64,000 nucleotides of DNA from Hormiphora californensis (Eukaryota; Animalia; Ctenophora), in contig CM035362.1 in the NCBI GenBank assembly GCA_020137815.1, forward strand, positions 6,138,001 to 6,202,000. Reading direction: 5' to 3'. This document shows, piece after piece, positions 1 through 14,457 of the stretch (position 1 is the first letter of the stretch; every line of letters starts with the position of its first letter). Made by a program: the position numbers and the translations under genes. The notes beneath the pieces are model-generated. The model did no database searches. It had not been told where the DNA came from and saw nothing but the letters and a program-made list of their open reading frames with translations.

Positions 1-3000
1 TACAAATTACGTCCCAGCGGCGTATTCGTAGAACGACGGAAGGCTGGGGGGGGGTTTCTTATAACAAGAGGGAGGGGGGGAGCCGGAAAGACAACGGAAG
101 GGTTACGGGGCACAGAATCATAGGGAACAATCCACATATTTGAAGTGATTAAACGTGACATGGCCGTGGAGGGGATTTTTCAGGATGGAGGGCCAAGGGG
201 CTGGGGATAATAAGAAACAGGGGGGGGGAGGGGGGGAAAAAAAAATAGGTACAGGAAAGCGAGGGGGAACACCGACTAGGGGGGGCTATGGGAATACCGT
301 ACTAGAGGCGGGGGCTGTCGGAGGGGTGGGGGGCACACCTCCCCCACCCTCTCTGCCCCTTCTGTGTGGTCTGGTGGTGGGGGGGTTGTGGGTGGTGGGT
401 GGTGTTTTGTCTGGGGATGTGGTGGGGGGTTTGGTGTGGGGGGTTGGGTGTGGGTGAGGGGTGGGGGGTAAGGGTTGGGTTTTGTTGGGATGCCTGGGTG
501 AGAAGGCTTATGGGGGGGGGGGGGGGGGGTGTGGGTGGGTGGGGTGCAGGTCGGGAAACGGGGGGGGGGGTTAGTAGGGTGAAAGCGATGATGTGTGGGG
601 GGGGAGGGGGTGGGTGTGGGTCGGCGGAGGGTGCGGGGGGCATGGGTCGGGTGGGTGACGGGGGTGGGTTGTGGGTGGGGCGGGGGTTGGAAGTTGAGGT
701 GGGTGTCAGGGGGGGGGGGGGGTGGGGGGGGGTGGGTGTGGCGGTGGGGTGGGGACCGGGTGGGTGGGTGTGTGCGGTGGGGGGGGGTGTGGGGGGGGGG
801 GGTCAGCGAGAAACGGGGGGGGAGGGGTCTTTCCAAGAGGGGAGCTTTGGGGTTATATTCCATGGGGGTTAGTGGGGGCTTTTTGTACCGCACTTGTACT
901 TTGTTTGAAAGAAGTAGTCATGGAAGAAGAGAGAACAGGAGGTCAGAGTGAGTGGCGGAAAAACGAAAACACTGCGCAGTGTAAAAAGAAAATGGTGAAA
1001 AAGTTAACGCTGTATGTAGTACCTGTGGGGTTCAACAGTGGGGGGGTGAGGAGGATAGGGGTCACGGCGGCAGGAAAACACAGAGAGGAGACACTGAAGG
1101 CGCCAAAAAACGATGCAAAACGTATTCAAAACCTGTAAGGGTGAGCATGTCGGATACGAATGTGTGAGAAACACGGGTGTTTGGGAAAAAAATATAAGAA
1201 CAGCGGAAGGGGGGGGGACACGGCGAAAGGCAAAACTAAAGGTAATAGAAAGGCAATAAGAGAGCAGAGAGGGAACGAAAGTGCGGGTGGAGGGGGGGGG
1301 AAAAGGGGGAAAACAACAAGATGTCCATGGTGTAGAGATGTAGCCACATCTTGTGTAGAGTCGATGGGGGTTCTGAACGCAGTACCAAGGCGAGGTGGCC
1401 AGGGGGGGACAGCGAATTAATGTAAAGGAAAAAGCGCAGAGGGGGAACAATTCGCGGGGGAAAAAGAGGAGCGTTTTAGACGGGTCGGGGGGGGAGAAAG
1501 AGGAACCACAAAAATTAACAAAAAAAAAACAAAAGGAACTGGAGGAATATGGCCGAGATCCAAGTTAACCATATCGGGGGTCGTAAAAAAAGGAGGAAAG
1601 GAGAGAAAAAAAGGGGGGGGAGGGAGGAAATGAGTAAAAAGGGGAGGGAAAAAAAAAAAAACGAGAAAAAACAAAAAGAGGGGGGAGGGCGGGAAAGAAG
1701 GGAAGAAGGGGAGAAAGAAGGGGGAAAAAAGAAAAAGACAAGAAAAAAGAATGAACAAGAAACGAAGCAGCCCGTATATGAATGGACTGGGGCTTTTGAC
1801 AAACTTCTGATGTTGACAAGATCGTCCAAAGTGTCAGTGTCGGCCTTGAAAAAAAACAGATGTTTCTATCTTTGTGTAGGTGTATCATAACTTAATAGAA
1901 GTCTTATAAACTAAAACAAACATGCTGAGAGTTGACTAAAAAGGGCCTATAATACTGGCTTTGAAGTGATAGCACTTGACGAGATTGGGTGCCCAATTAG
2001 CGACAGCGATTAAAGCATCAGCGGTGATAGCAAGCAATAATGAGATGGAAGTAACGTAACAATATCACCGGGAGGGAACACTGGTTTTTAGCAGGGCCTA
2101 CGATGCGTCATTGCCCCCCCACCAAATTTTGAATCTATATCATCGAATTAGAGTGATACTGGCGACAAGATGGACAACCACACACGGTGCGGTGGCGGGC
2201 AATGGTCATGTAAACAAACACATAAGAAAAAAAAAAAGCTGGGCAAATGTGTGAATATGGAACGATTCTCTGTCCCACAAGAAGGTTTCACGGACAAAAC
2301 CCTCTATAATATAGACGGGCGTGTTCACTGAAAGTGTGTTTGAAGGTAACACAATATTTAAAAAAGTGGTGGCACAGTGTGTGAGAAAGGATGTGTTCTA
2401 AAAAGGAAAAGAAACATGCGAAAAAATTGCGGCGTGAGGTAATAATGAACAATTTATAACAAAAATTTGCAACAAAGAGATTGTTTTATATATAACTGTA
2501 CTGGGAGGGTGGTGGTAACCCCCATGTACACCGAAAACACGGGGCCAAGTATGCGTGGTACGAAACAGATCCTTACAAATAAGGCTCCCGCACGGGATCA
2601 CAGGGCGGGACGGAAACGTGCGGGATCGGATACACACACGATGAAAGACACGTTAGCCGGGGGAAAGGGACAAAAGAGCACGGGGTGAAATACATGCCAG
2701 TCATTAATAAATTCGCAAAGCGTGACTATTTGGTTATAACAGTAAAATGGAAAAAGGAGGGAGAAAAAAATATGGGGGCGGGGAAGGGGGGAAAGAACAA
2801 ACGACGAAACAAGTGTAATGGGCAGGCAGAATATAATGCGCCTTACGGCATACCGCTGAAAATGCCCCATAAGTCTATGCCACGGGAGGAAGAAGAAGGA
2901 CACGAAAGCTGGCGGGTTAATGAGGGGCGGTCGTGGCGAAATGTGCGATCCTGTTGGAATCACGCGGATAAATGGAGCAAGACACGACGAAGGGAGGACA

Positions 3001-3740
3001 CATAATCGGAACCGGAATCCATAAGAAGTAATCCCACTGAAATACAGACGGAGTAAGTTGTAGATAAGCACAAGGCAGATCATGAAGAGTGGTCAGACTG
3101 TAGGTCGAACAAGCCCTAGGGTTCAGGTCCGCCGGGTGGGCAGGTAAAACGTCCCGTAGGTTGGACTGGGTGTGTGGTGGGTCAAATAACTCGTGAATTG
3201 GGATTGTGCAGAACAAAAGTCACCGCAACAAGGGGGCGCCAGACACTTTTGGGGTGGATGGGCATGTAGAAAACTGGTAAACCAGAGTAATTAGTCAGAA
3301 ACTAATCGCAAGACACCCTTCCGTGGGAGAAGCGACGCGCACCAGGAGAGTGAGTCACGTGAAAGTCGTGACGCGAAGAAGAGCAAGCGGGAACGATTTT
3401 TGGGTTCGTCCAAGGGATCCGGACCGACCACTCTGGTCAACGGGTAAAGCGAACCAGTCACGCGATAAATTGCATGACAAATAGGTGTGAACGCTGCATC
3501 CTCGAGGTGTACAAAAGGCACAAAGGATAGCTGACCAAGCGGGAGTTCAGGGTATGACAAAAAGAGGGGAAAAAAAAAAAAAACGGGAAAGTTGTCTCAC
3601 CACAAGGTTGAAAATTAGCCATTTCAGTACGAAAAGGAAGGAAAGAGGTCACAGGAAGCAGTAGTATATAAGGAAAAAGTGGGGCAAGGGTCAACTGTCG
3701 AAGAATTTTCAAAGGAGGAGGGTCTTAAAAATTCGAAAAA
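1..3740. other. Low-accuracy, homopolymer-rich (G/A) sequence; probable noisy contig segment
   Basis: Long irregular G and A runs with no stable repeat unit; ORFs are Gly/Pro/Lys/Phe low-complexity only; adjacent 5-8.8 kb sequence is a visibly error-ridden copy of cleaner sequence elsewhere in the window. Confidence 0.7.
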
Positions 3741-5330
3741 GTTGTGGTTCGCAATTTCGATTTTCCATTCACTGGAAGCAAGAATTCTGGGAAAATGACA
3801 TTTTTAAGGAAGAAATGGTGGAGGAGGAGGATTTGGCCCCGGGCGCTGTCCAGCGCTAGATCGATTGGAGATATAGAGTCCGGCTTTCGCCGGACTCGGA
3901 GTTGCGGCCCGTTAGGCCGGAAACTGGTTGCGTCTACCCCATCCGAATTTAAAGTGTTGGGCCGTTTTTTGGGTTCGATTTCAGGGAGTAGGTTATTGTT
4001 ACAGGGTTCTGTTTTTGGGTTGGTTTCGGATTTTAGGGGAGAAAAAAAAGAGGCGACATATCAGATCCGGTTGGAGGATTGGGCCAAATGTAAGGGACCT
4101 CATATATCTAAAAATCTACCTCAGGTGGCGGACTCTTATGCTAAACAGTCCTCACAACAGGGAGACATCTTTATCTGAAAACTTTATTTTTCAAATCTAC
4201 TGTAGGATAAGAGTCCGGTTTTTAGATATAGAGTCCTCCTCGATTTAGATACAGAGTCCGTTTAGAGGCACTAGAGTCCTCCCACCTTCGAACAGGTCCT
4301 CAAAGCGTTTCGAACCTATCTTCTGATAAACCCTCATAAGGGGTGTCCTTCTAAACCGTGCTGGGAGTGTTCAAAAAGGCTCAGAAGCCAGATTACAGAT
4401 TTGGACTTCATAGTGGTCATTTTTACCCTCTACTGTTTGACAGACAAACTTCTCGGGTATTTTCCCTAATATAGGATGAGAATTGTAGTCTTTGGTTCGA
4501 CAAACACCGGATGCAATCGGCCAGTGGATACGCGTGCATGTGGCTATGTAAAGACCGACCCTTTTTATGGGGCGGAGCTCGATTCTGCGGTCGCTGCGCG
4601 CCTCGATCTGCACGCACAGGTGTGCAATGCACCGGAAGCTCGTATAATGCCAATAGATATCCACGAGGAAGTGAACGACGAGGGGAATATCGTGTTCTAT
4701 CGTGTAGGGGATTATCAAATTTCTCACATCACTTTACAGCCTGTTATTTGTTCTAAAAACCGAACCCCGGACATTAGGAAGGTTGTGACTGGGCAACTGG
4801 ACAACACGGGAAAGGAACAATTATCTGATATACCCATATAAAAAACCACCCACGGCGCGGTGCTGAGTAATTCCAGGCTGACAGTATACTGTGGTGTGAT
4901 CAATATTCCCTCCTCTGTTTTCAACACATTTCATAATTCCCGGGTCGTTTTATAATAAATACCACGGCTAGTAGAGTGATGAAATTTGATAATCACCCTA
5001 CGGGGATTATCACACGATATTCCCTCGTCAGTCCGTTTCCTCGTGGATACGGAGATAGTATTGATATAACACCCTTACAGGGGGTATAGTACAGATGTTA
5101 ACAATCACACAAATCAAATACTAGGCCGGGTTTACGTATTATAGTAGCAGGCTGCGGGAAATATCAAGTCAGGGGTGGGGGTGGGTTATATCCCCTGGTA
5201 GTCACTTTATGTGATTTGCTACTTTCCAAGATTCCAATCTCACTCATCTCGTATCTTCTCCTCGTTATCTCAGTCCTCTATCTTTTCACACTAATTAAAC
5301 TAAACTGTACACAATACATAGTAACCTTTC

Positions 5331-8300
5331 TCCGTTCAGTTGTCCTGATAGAACCATCGATAACTCGCAACTTATTTGACTGGGATTACCAAGGGGAAAG
5401 GTCCGTAACTGTCACTTGCACGGATAACACCTTTGACTAAAGGATCAAGCACGGTAATCTTGATAGAACAATACGGGGTTCATGGGAGTGAGGTCTCTCC
5501 CCACTTGGTGAAAATAGGTAAAAGTCCCGAGAATGGCAAAATGCTTTATACAACGAAAGCCCTAATCATTAGACAAAATATATATCTCCAACATGATACA
5601 TCTAAACACCGGATCATCAGCATGGACGAGCTCTCGATGGGGGGACAAACTCTAGACTTCCGACCCTTGCTGCTGTTGGTTGGCGAGTAGACGATACAAT
5701 CACCATGCGCAATCTGGATCCTAGCAAGTTGAACGGAAAAGTTCAATAACAGTGTGAACTAGCAATGGATAAGGGTGGGTTCCGGGACAAATGAATAGGA
5801 TTGGTCCCTAACATAGCTATAAAACGGAGGTTAATACACGAATCAAAACAGTAAACGGCATTTATTCTCCATATTGGTCAATGTCCTGTCTGATACTTCA
5901 TTGGCGGGTACATTTATCGGACTTTATCTTCATGTGTTAACCATTAAATTATTTCCCGCCGTTGGCCGATAGAACCCTCGATAACTCGCAAACTGATTTG
6001 AATGGGATTGAACGCGGGATGCCGTACTGTCACTTGCACGGAGAATGCAGTTTGAACTAAACGGATCAAGCAGGTAATCTTGTGACCAATGACGGGTCAT
6101 GGAGTTCTCTCCCAACTTGTGAGAAATAGATCATCATAATAGGGAACGATGCAAAGTTTTTTAAAAATATAAAAAATTATACTAGAAGCCTTGAATTAGA
6201 GCCACCCGTTGAGCTAATTCCCCACACGGTCTCCCTCACCCAGGAGCCACCCCTCTCACCCGCTGCACCAACCCGCACTGAACCTCCCATACCCCTCCCA
6301 AGCACCTCCTTGGCCACCCCCACCCGCATTTTGCACGTGATGATAGGACATCATCACTACCACGAAACGTTCATTGCCTTATTATAAAGGACTAGCGCCC
6401 CATTGGGTGCGCCTCAAGTAAGGGCTGTTCTTTTCGCCCCTTTCCACGTCCTAACACGGTTGGCCCATGCAACGAATTGATAAATTGAAAGAGACTGGCA
6501 CTTTGAAGTCATTCTAAAATATTTACAAAACCTTCCATTGGAAGTTCCAAAAGTGTAATGGCAGCTTTACAGCTTTGGGTACATAGAAGTGTATTTATGA
6601 AGGAGAAGTCCTGTCGCTTAGATACCGACCTAACTCACACTTGCCACTTCGACGCGGACATATAGTGAGAAGAAAGTGAGTCAGGAGTTATGTCACATCA
6701 AGATGGAGCATAGATAGAACTATGGGAACATTTTTTTTCACACGACAACATTTTTGGGTGGACTTAAAAAAAATAAACTCGGGGGGCACGTGCATTTCAA
6801 GTTCACTGGCAGTGGGAGACTATCACAACATCAATTGCCAAAAACCAAAAAGTTCCTCTATTACCTACACACTAGAATGGGACCCCAGCTTTTGGCGGGA
6901 CCGACGTTCGCTCAATTCTATTTTTTACTCCCGTCTTCGGGCTGTGGATTCTCACTCACCAAGTTACCAAAGTCCCTCTCACGATTTGTTTTGTTGTTCC
7001 TTGTGCGAGGATTTACACAAGCTCAAACTGCTACGAGCCTATTTACGATGGTGAAAAGGGCTACAGAAGGTATAAAAACAGTGTCAATATCAACCTAAGA
7101 CTCTGAGGGGCAGGGAGGACAGTTGATCAACGAAGCAACCAGTCAATTCCTAGTACGGGAAACCGGAGGACCACTGTACGCACATTCCGGACAACCCGAC
7201 AGGAATAGAAAAATGTTAATGAAAGCTGTAGCGTAGTCCAACGTGGCTCATGAAATGTATACAGCAAGTACAACACAGTTACCGCAAAAGAAAAGTACCA
7301 ATGGTGGTACACTGCAGCACACTGTACCATGCAATTTGCTGTAGTGTAGGGCTGAAAAATAGAGACAAGAGACATCGTGAGCGAACTGAACTGCAGTTTT
7401 AGTCTTATGAAGAGTCGCGGTAAATTTTGGCGAATGTTGTATAACCATGACTATTAACAGTGATAAACCAGGATCTTATAAATATATTGGATTCTATCAT
7501 TGCTTTTCCGCCAAAGGCAAGACACTCCTAGTAGAACTGTGGAACCTGCCTGATGATGAGTCCTCCAGTGAATTGAACTGCATTGCGATTTTATTTTAAG
7601 TCCACCAAATGTTTGTTTTGAATCAGCTCAAGTCTACCTATGCCCCTCGTTTGATGTGACATAACCTGATATGTTACCTACCACCGGATGGACCCAGCTT
7701 TTGCGGACGATTCGCTTTCGGATCATGTTATACATCTTTGATATACATTGTTTTAGAGTTAATCCCGGCAGTCATTCTCGTTGGTTGATAAAAGGGAAAC
7801 TACTTCAATAGAGCGGCGTGGAAGGGTTCCCTATTGTTTACATGGCACTGTCTGTGATTATGGCTTTGATTCTTGCACCGAGCGACCTCATCTGCAAGGC
7901 ATGGGATTCGAGTCATCGCACAACACGGCACCGGCTACTTTAACTCCACTAAAAAGAAATGTCACGTATGGCATTACTCTGGACGATGTTAAGATGCCAT
8001 TCCAGCACGTAGTCAATTGAGGAGTGTGCAATATAATATTGAGGGATAATGAACCCTCGATCACATCAAAGATGTTATCGGCGTGTACCAAACCGGAGCA
8101 AGGTAATAATCACTGTCTATACTGGACCACCTTTCCTATAACCAACAATCCATTTATTATTTGTCTCCAGGTGAATCCCATGACGGTTGCTGACTTTGAA
8201 ATAGATTCACAACAACCTCTCAGCTGAAGTACATGGGACGAATTTAATCCTGTTTGTAGAAAATGAGGGGGGAAGAGGGGGGGAAGAAGGGAGGAAAAGA

Positions 8301-8859
8301 AGGAAAAAAAAAAGAAAAGTAAAGGGAAAAAAAAAAAGGAAGGGGGATAAAAAGGGGCGAGAAGTCTAACTTCTCCCATTATGTGCCGGGTAGTACTAAC
8401 TAACTACATGCCTTTACAACTTGAAAGTCATGATTCTCCTTGACTTGTAATTCATGAATCTGGTCACTTTTTTAATCCGCCTTTTATATTCCCAGAGATT
8501 CGAGTATACTACTACCAAACAACAAAAACTACACAGTTATCCAACATTTCTACTACAAATCTGTACTGCTAATGGATTTTCAGCATTATTAACACTGGAA
8601 TCGTCAACTCCACATAAAGTGGAAGTTTTGGGGCTTAAAACTCGGTCTGTGAAGGGTTGCCCAACATTGAAGTCTGGTTTCTCAATCTTGTTTGGAAGTC
8701 AATTATATCCCAAATTGCTCCAGTAATAAAGGAAATATATTGTGGCTGTTGCGAAGGGATGGAAACAAACGGAATTGGTTGCGTACCTGTCCTGCTAACA
8801 CTTCCTATACAAGCGGAAAGGTGCAACCCTTGTAAAAGTCAACACGAAACAAGAGAAAA
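5331..8859 (+). pseudogene. Error-ridden inverted copy (allele, paralogue or haplotig) of the receptor 3' half: two sushi-2 exon copies (~5331-5518, ~5960-6128), SRCR exon (~7757-8102), Cys-rich exon start (~8495-8859)
   Basis: Matches the reverse complement of 27679-27849, 20041-20379 and 19430-19753 with many indels (e.g. GTVCDYGFD, VTYGITLDDVK, IKEIYCGCCEGMET). Confidence 0.8.
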
Positions 8860-8959
8860 NNNNNNNNNNNNNNNNNNNNNNNNNNNNNNNNNNNNNNNNN
8901 NNNNNNNNNNNNNNNNNNNNNNNNNNNNNNNNNNNNNNNNNNNNNNNNNNNNNNNNNNN
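8860..8959. other. Assembly gap (100 N)
   Basis: Run of N. Confidence 1.
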
Positions 8960-8981
8960 CAAAAGAAAGAGGGAGAGAGGA

Positions 8982-9032
<51 letters not shown>

Positions 9033-9126
9033 CACTGTCGCTTGAGGATCAAATGGGGGTCAGACAGGAACGAAGGTATAATACTGTGTGATTTTAAATG
9101 GAGTAGGCGGAGGAGTAGGCGGTACC

Positions 9127-9895
9127 CTCTGCTAGCCGACACTGTCGAAGGGGCCCAAAGATTTCTGTCCCGTCTGGAGGACTCTGCTTCTGCCGTTGGA
9201 CTTCATATAAACAGTAGTAAGACCAAATACATGACAAACTGTGTTGGTCCGGACCATATCGGCCTCAGGTCATCGAATGGAGAATTACTGGATGAAGTAG
9301 ATGACTTTGTGTACCTCGGCGCCTGGATTGGTAGCAGTGTGAAGGATTTCGAGTTTAGGAAGGCCAAAGCGTGGAATGCCCTCAACAAGATGAACAGAGT
9401 GTGGAAGTCGAAGATGAAGAGGAAAATGAAGGTGCGGTTATTTAGATCCACTGTGGAAACGATTCTCCTATACGGATCTGAAACTTGGACTATAACCAAA
9501 AGCCTGGGAAAGAAGTTGATGGGTGTTATTCGAGGATGTTGAGGGCTGCGCTCAACATCAAGCGTACGGATAAAGTTACTAACGCGGAGGTCTTCCAGGA
9601 AATTCCTCGGGTTACGGAAAAGATCAGAACTCAAAGGCTGAAATTGGCGGGACATCTAGCTAGGCATGACGACCTGCTAGGGCACGAACTTTTGATGTGG
9701 AAACCGGCTCACGGTCAATCCCGTCGCGGCCGACCTGCTCTAACATACCCGGATATCCTACTTCAAGATCTGGAAGGGGTGTGTGATAACCGAGAGGAGG
9801 CACTGGAGTTAATGTCAAACCGGGATATGTGGAGATCGTTCATCAACACTCGGCCTCTCCGGCCGCCTTAAGTCAAGTAAGTCAAGTAAGTCAAG
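9127..9895 (+). mobile_element. 5'-truncated RTE-clade non-LTR retrotransposon (RT C-terminal part, one frameshift ~9515)
   Basis: VGLHINSSKTKYM, VDDFVYLGAWI, LLYGSETWT, RLKLAGHLAR, RGRP motifs; ends in a (AAGTCAAGT)n tandem tail. Confidence 0.9.
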
Positions 9896-10224
9896 AATTT
9901 ATACCATTCAGCTCATACAACAATTCTCTCTCACTTTATCATTCTCTCTAAGCAACAAAGTCACGTGGCTATATTCAATATTCCTACTCTTCTAAAATAT
10001 TGGCCCAAATACTTTCCGCCCAATATCTCTCCATAACTAAAGTAACAAATAAATAATATCGAATCTCTCCCAAAGAATTCCTAAATATCTATATCCTCCT
10101 AACTCACTCTCAACCATTACATCATAAGATCATCAAATACCTATCATGACTAACTCTCAGTCACCCTGAGAGAGAAATAATGTAGCAACACGAGGAACCT
10201 AACTCGTGTGTCCTACAGTTTTAG

Positions 10225-10562
10225 ATTGACTGGAGATGGTATGAGATTATTGGGATTGTATGATCAGATTAGTTGGAGATGGTTGAGATGTGGAGATTGT
10301 TGGAGATTGGTGGAGATTGTTGGAGATTGTTGGTGATTGTCGATATTGGTTGGAATTGGTTGGAGATTGGTGGATATTGGTTGAGATTGTTGATTGGTTG
10401 ATTTGGTTGGAGATTGGTTGGATATTTGTTGGAGATTGGTTGGAGATTGGTTGGAGATTGGTTGGATATTGGTTGGGTATTGGTCGGAGATTGGTTGGAG
10501 ATTGGTTGGAGATTGGTTGGAGATTGGTTGGAGATTGGTTGGATATTGGTTCGAGATTGGAG
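10225..10562. repeat. (GGAGATTGGTT)n 11-bp minisatellite; other copies 30176-30755, 32168-32515, 40470-40677
   Basis: Direct tandem repeat visible; it recurs at the same position within each cluster unit. Confidence 0.95.
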
Positions 10563-11607
10563 AAACCATAATTTACAAAAGACTCTGAAACAAAAACATA
10601 TATGTACTATTATGAATGCTTCTGCATAACAAACTTGTTAATTTTTTTGCAAGAAATCTCACCTGCACCTTGTAACTTCAAAGAGCCAAATGAAGACTTC
10701 ATTAGACCTTGTTTTGATCAAAAGCTGAAAAAATGAATGGGGGTTAGAATTCCATTTAATGGGTTTCGGGTTATTTTTAGCTTGCGCCAGGCATTGGGAC
10801 CCGGATGTAGTTTACACCCACCGATGCATACACTAATTGGTGCTGGCCAGAAGATGACATAAACAAAGTTTAGGACCAATATCAGATTGATCCCAAACCC
10901 GGTTTTTCTCAAGATCTGTACAGCCCCGGCAAAATGTACTGCATTGGTGAATGCCCTCACTCATCACAATTAGTTTCGAGATCATTGGAAAATTACAACA
11001 AGTCAACAAGATTTGAACATCGTGATACTCACTGCATACCCACCTATTGGAGGTGTGGGAACTGTTCAGGATTTCCATTTTGAGTTCCATGTGGTAACCT
11101 GTGTGTAAGTAACAGTGTGTAAGCAGTTGTAAATGTGTATAACATGTAACATTGATATCTAAGTTATTTAGTTAATGAAATAAATTTCTTACTAACCTCA
11201 ACCCATAATTCCCTCAGCAGGTTAATCAATCATTCAGTCATTCATTCATTCAATCAATCGGTGATACAGGGTGGTGCATCGAGCTGCTAATTACACGGTT
11301 GCTTGTAGTGGGAAAACGGTAATGGAAAACGAAGATACAGTAAGACGACGCGCAACCGTGACCAATCAGGGCGCTAGTACGTGCTGACATATGAACTTTT
11401 TGCCGCACGTTACGCACCGTGCGCGTCTCCTTACTGTATTTTGCGTTACCGTATTTTGACTGCAAGCAGCACTGTAACACGTTATTAGGTCTTTCGTGCA
11501 GCCGACCCTCTCACCGTGTTCGGTTTAAATATTATTTACAAAAAATTGTGGGTAATTCCCATGTGCTGGTCATGCAAAAACATAAGTTTCAAATGCATTA
11601 TACTTAC

Positions 11608-11781
11608 CAATGCACTGTGGTACATCATTTGACCATGATAGATCCTGCTGACATGTTAGAGTTGCACTTCCCACAAGGCTATGGGTGGCAACACACTCGA
11701 TGGTTACAGTTGTCCCTATTGGTGAGGCAGTCCAGCTTTCTTGTGTTGATCCCTCAACAGAAAATGCAGGACACTCTGGTG
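11608..11781 (-). CDS. Sushi/CCP exon, unit A (phase 1-1, 58 codons, intact)
   Basis: tttag|CA...TGCATTG|gtaag; APECPAFSVEGSTQESWTASPIGTTVTIECVATHSLVGSATLTCQQDLSWSNDVPQCI, with 4 Cys and the conserved Trp. Confidence 0.85.
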
Positions 11782-12170
11782 CTAAATGGAAAGATCAAGG
11801 TGTGAGTTCGATTGTAGCGGGGATTGGAGAGTTACATGTTGTAGCTCACATTGTTGCTCAGTTATCATAATGGATAAATATCAGGCTTTTAGTAATGAAA
11901 TTACCCCTCTGTTATTATTGCTCATGGATAGTATGCAATAAATAGGGTGACTTCGTAACCAAATCAGGCTTGGGGTACCCAATCTTTGTAGGGTTCTTTA
12001 CCCAATAAACCAATTAACACCAACTCATACCCAATCTTTGTAGGGTTCTTTACCCAATAAACCAATTAACACCAACTCAAGCTCATTTGATCCAATCCAA
12101 CCCCATGGCCCATGTTGTAAAGTTACACTATGTTTAATACGTGGTATTAATTAAGTTTATAGACCCTTAC

Positions 12171-12268
12171 TTGCTCTGTAGAAGTCAGATGCTGTGTCAC
12201 CACTGTATAAAAACTTGATGTGCTCCACAACATCACCACCCCACGTTGTAACACAGTCGCTACGTGAA
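12171..12268 (-). pseudogene. 3' fragment of the variable-domain exon (unit A)
   Basis: SRSDCVTTWGGDVVEHIKFLYSGDTASDFYRA|gtaag; the upstream part is replaced by unrelated sequence. Confidence 0.85.
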
Positions 12269-12573
12269 TATCAATCATTAAAATAGAACATGATGAGGAC
12301 TAGAGACTGAAGACACAGGAGTGAAATGAATATTCATCCCTAATAAATAAAGACAAATGATAGTGACCGATGACAATATGAGTAGCTCACAACCACTAAC
12401 CATACAGCAACCACTAACATAATCTGACACAGACATGACAAACATTGGCACAGACAACGGACTGACAGCAAACAGACAATCTGACAGACGAACAAACAAA
12501 CGACATGACAAACGAACAAACACACGATCATACAGATGAGAAGGCTGCTTTTGACAAGCACCACAAGTGCACA

Positions 12574-13790
12574 GAGGGAGGGGTAGACAGCATATAATAT
12601 CAAGATAGTGGAACACAGATAAATTTACAGTGAGCCATGGGAGAGAAAGTTGGAGTTGGGTACACATAAAGCAACGGAGAGAAAAAGTTTGAGTAACTAA
12701 AACAAAGTTAGTATTCGGTGAAATTTAGATCAAAGTATTGATATCGCAACTGAACCGCCAATGGCAGATCCTAGCTTAAATATATATATAGTTGCCTAAT
12801 ATAGTGGAAGAAGATTCCATTGTTGTTTTTCCAGTCCATTCTAGTTGCTACTCATCAACCCAGTTAGTATATAATAGATATAAGCAAGGTAAACGAGAGA
12901 TAGAAAGGGGATAGAGAGAGGGAGAGTGAGAGAGATTGATTGAGAGAGGTATGAAATTGAAACGTGAATGGTTGCTCGACTGCAGTATGGGAAGAAAATA
13001 TTGTATCCCATTATTTTCCCCATCCCCATGCTACTCAACAAGCCGGTTCTAAGAATAGTAAAAGAAGCTCGTACGTGATCTATACTTTCCGGCTTCCGCT
13101 ACTCAAGCCTAGATTGGAAGTGCTTGGAAGATAGCCTAGCTGGAAACGTACTGTTTGTATTACTATTATATGGTACAGTCGGACCCCGATTTAGTGGCCC
13201 CCGATTTATTGGCAGGATTTTTTCCCCGCCCGGGTGAAGGCCGAAGGCCTTCACCCGGATGCCTTTTGCAAAAAGGCATACGGGGTTTATAAATCTAAAC
13301 GGATATAGTAACTATGTGTAGCAAGTCAACTCTCTTATCCCGTTTCTGGTTGCGAGGGGCAGCATGTAGCAACTAGAGCCGTGCACACAACAACAACCTG
13401 CTCCTTCATAAACCACTTCATTGACACGTTTTCAGGAGATATGTGGTGCGCATTGCGCAATTCCGCAATGTGGCGCGCAATTTAGTGCTACTAAAACAGA
13501 AGGATTTGTTCTATACTGTTTGCGTTCGATGTATAAATGATCCGAAATGTCTGTCCCGCCTTCGTGTTAGAAATGAAACGTTGGCGGGGAAACATAGCAT
13601 TATGAAACATAATGTATTTATTCTTGTTTTCCCCCAAAAATTTTTTGAATTTTTTTGTGAAATTTTTTTGAACATTTTTCAAAGGAATACCAGCCACGTC
13701 CGAATCGTGTTTCGAATCGGTGCATCTTATCGCATGCCCTGCTGCTTATTAGACGGTTCGAAACGAACAGATATGTGATCCCCATAAGGC
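12574..13790. repeat. ~1.2-kb segment directly duplicated at ~15492-16690
   Basis: Near-identical sequence, including the same MITE left end (13176 and 16096). Confidence 0.9.
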
Positions 13791-14457
13791 CCATCGAATC
13801 GCAATTTTGACGCTTGTGAAACTGGCCTCATGGGGATCACGTATCGGTTCGTTTCGAACCGTCTAATTAGCGACAGGACGTGCGATAAGATGCACTGATT
13901 CGAAACACGATTCGGACGTGGTTGATATACCTTTGAAAAATTTTCATAACTTTTTTTGCAAAATTTTACAGAATGATTGTCAATGCTTTGATCGGTGCTC
14001 CCCATGAATTTTCAGAGAAAAATATATTTTGAAATTCAAATTCTTCCTCACCCCGATTCCTCACCCCGATTCCTCACCCCGATTCCTCACCCCGATTCCT
14101 CACCCCGATTCGGCATGGTATCACGTATCGGTTCGTCTAATTAGCAGCAAGACATGCGATAAGATGCACTGATTCGATAAACGATTCGGACGTGGTTGAT
14201 ATATGTAGTACCTTAGAAAATTTTTATAACTTATTTTGAAATTATTTTGAAATTACTTTGTTTTTCTAATCAGAAATGGTCATATAATCAATACATGGAC
14301 ATTGCATTTAAAACTTAGAGGTGTTTTAGTATAGCATTTTGGACAAAAATAGGGTTTTATGGGCCAAATACGCTCTACCCCGATTTAACGGACACCCCGA
14401 TTTAACGGACAAAACCCTTTCCCCCGATCAGGGTGCCGTTAAATCGGGGTACGACTG
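13176..14457. mobile_element. Non-autonomous Tc1/mariner-type element (TIR CAGTCGGACCCCGATTTA, TA flanks); partial copies at 15268-15372 and 16096-17801
   Basis: ta|CAGTCGGACCCCGATTTA ... TAAATCGGGGTACGACTG|ta; no transposase ORF. Confidence 0.85.

Noticed and set aside
155-3712. Many Gly/Pro/Lys/Phe-rich ORFs
   Set aside because: Products of homopolymer-rich low-accuracy sequence; no domain motifs.
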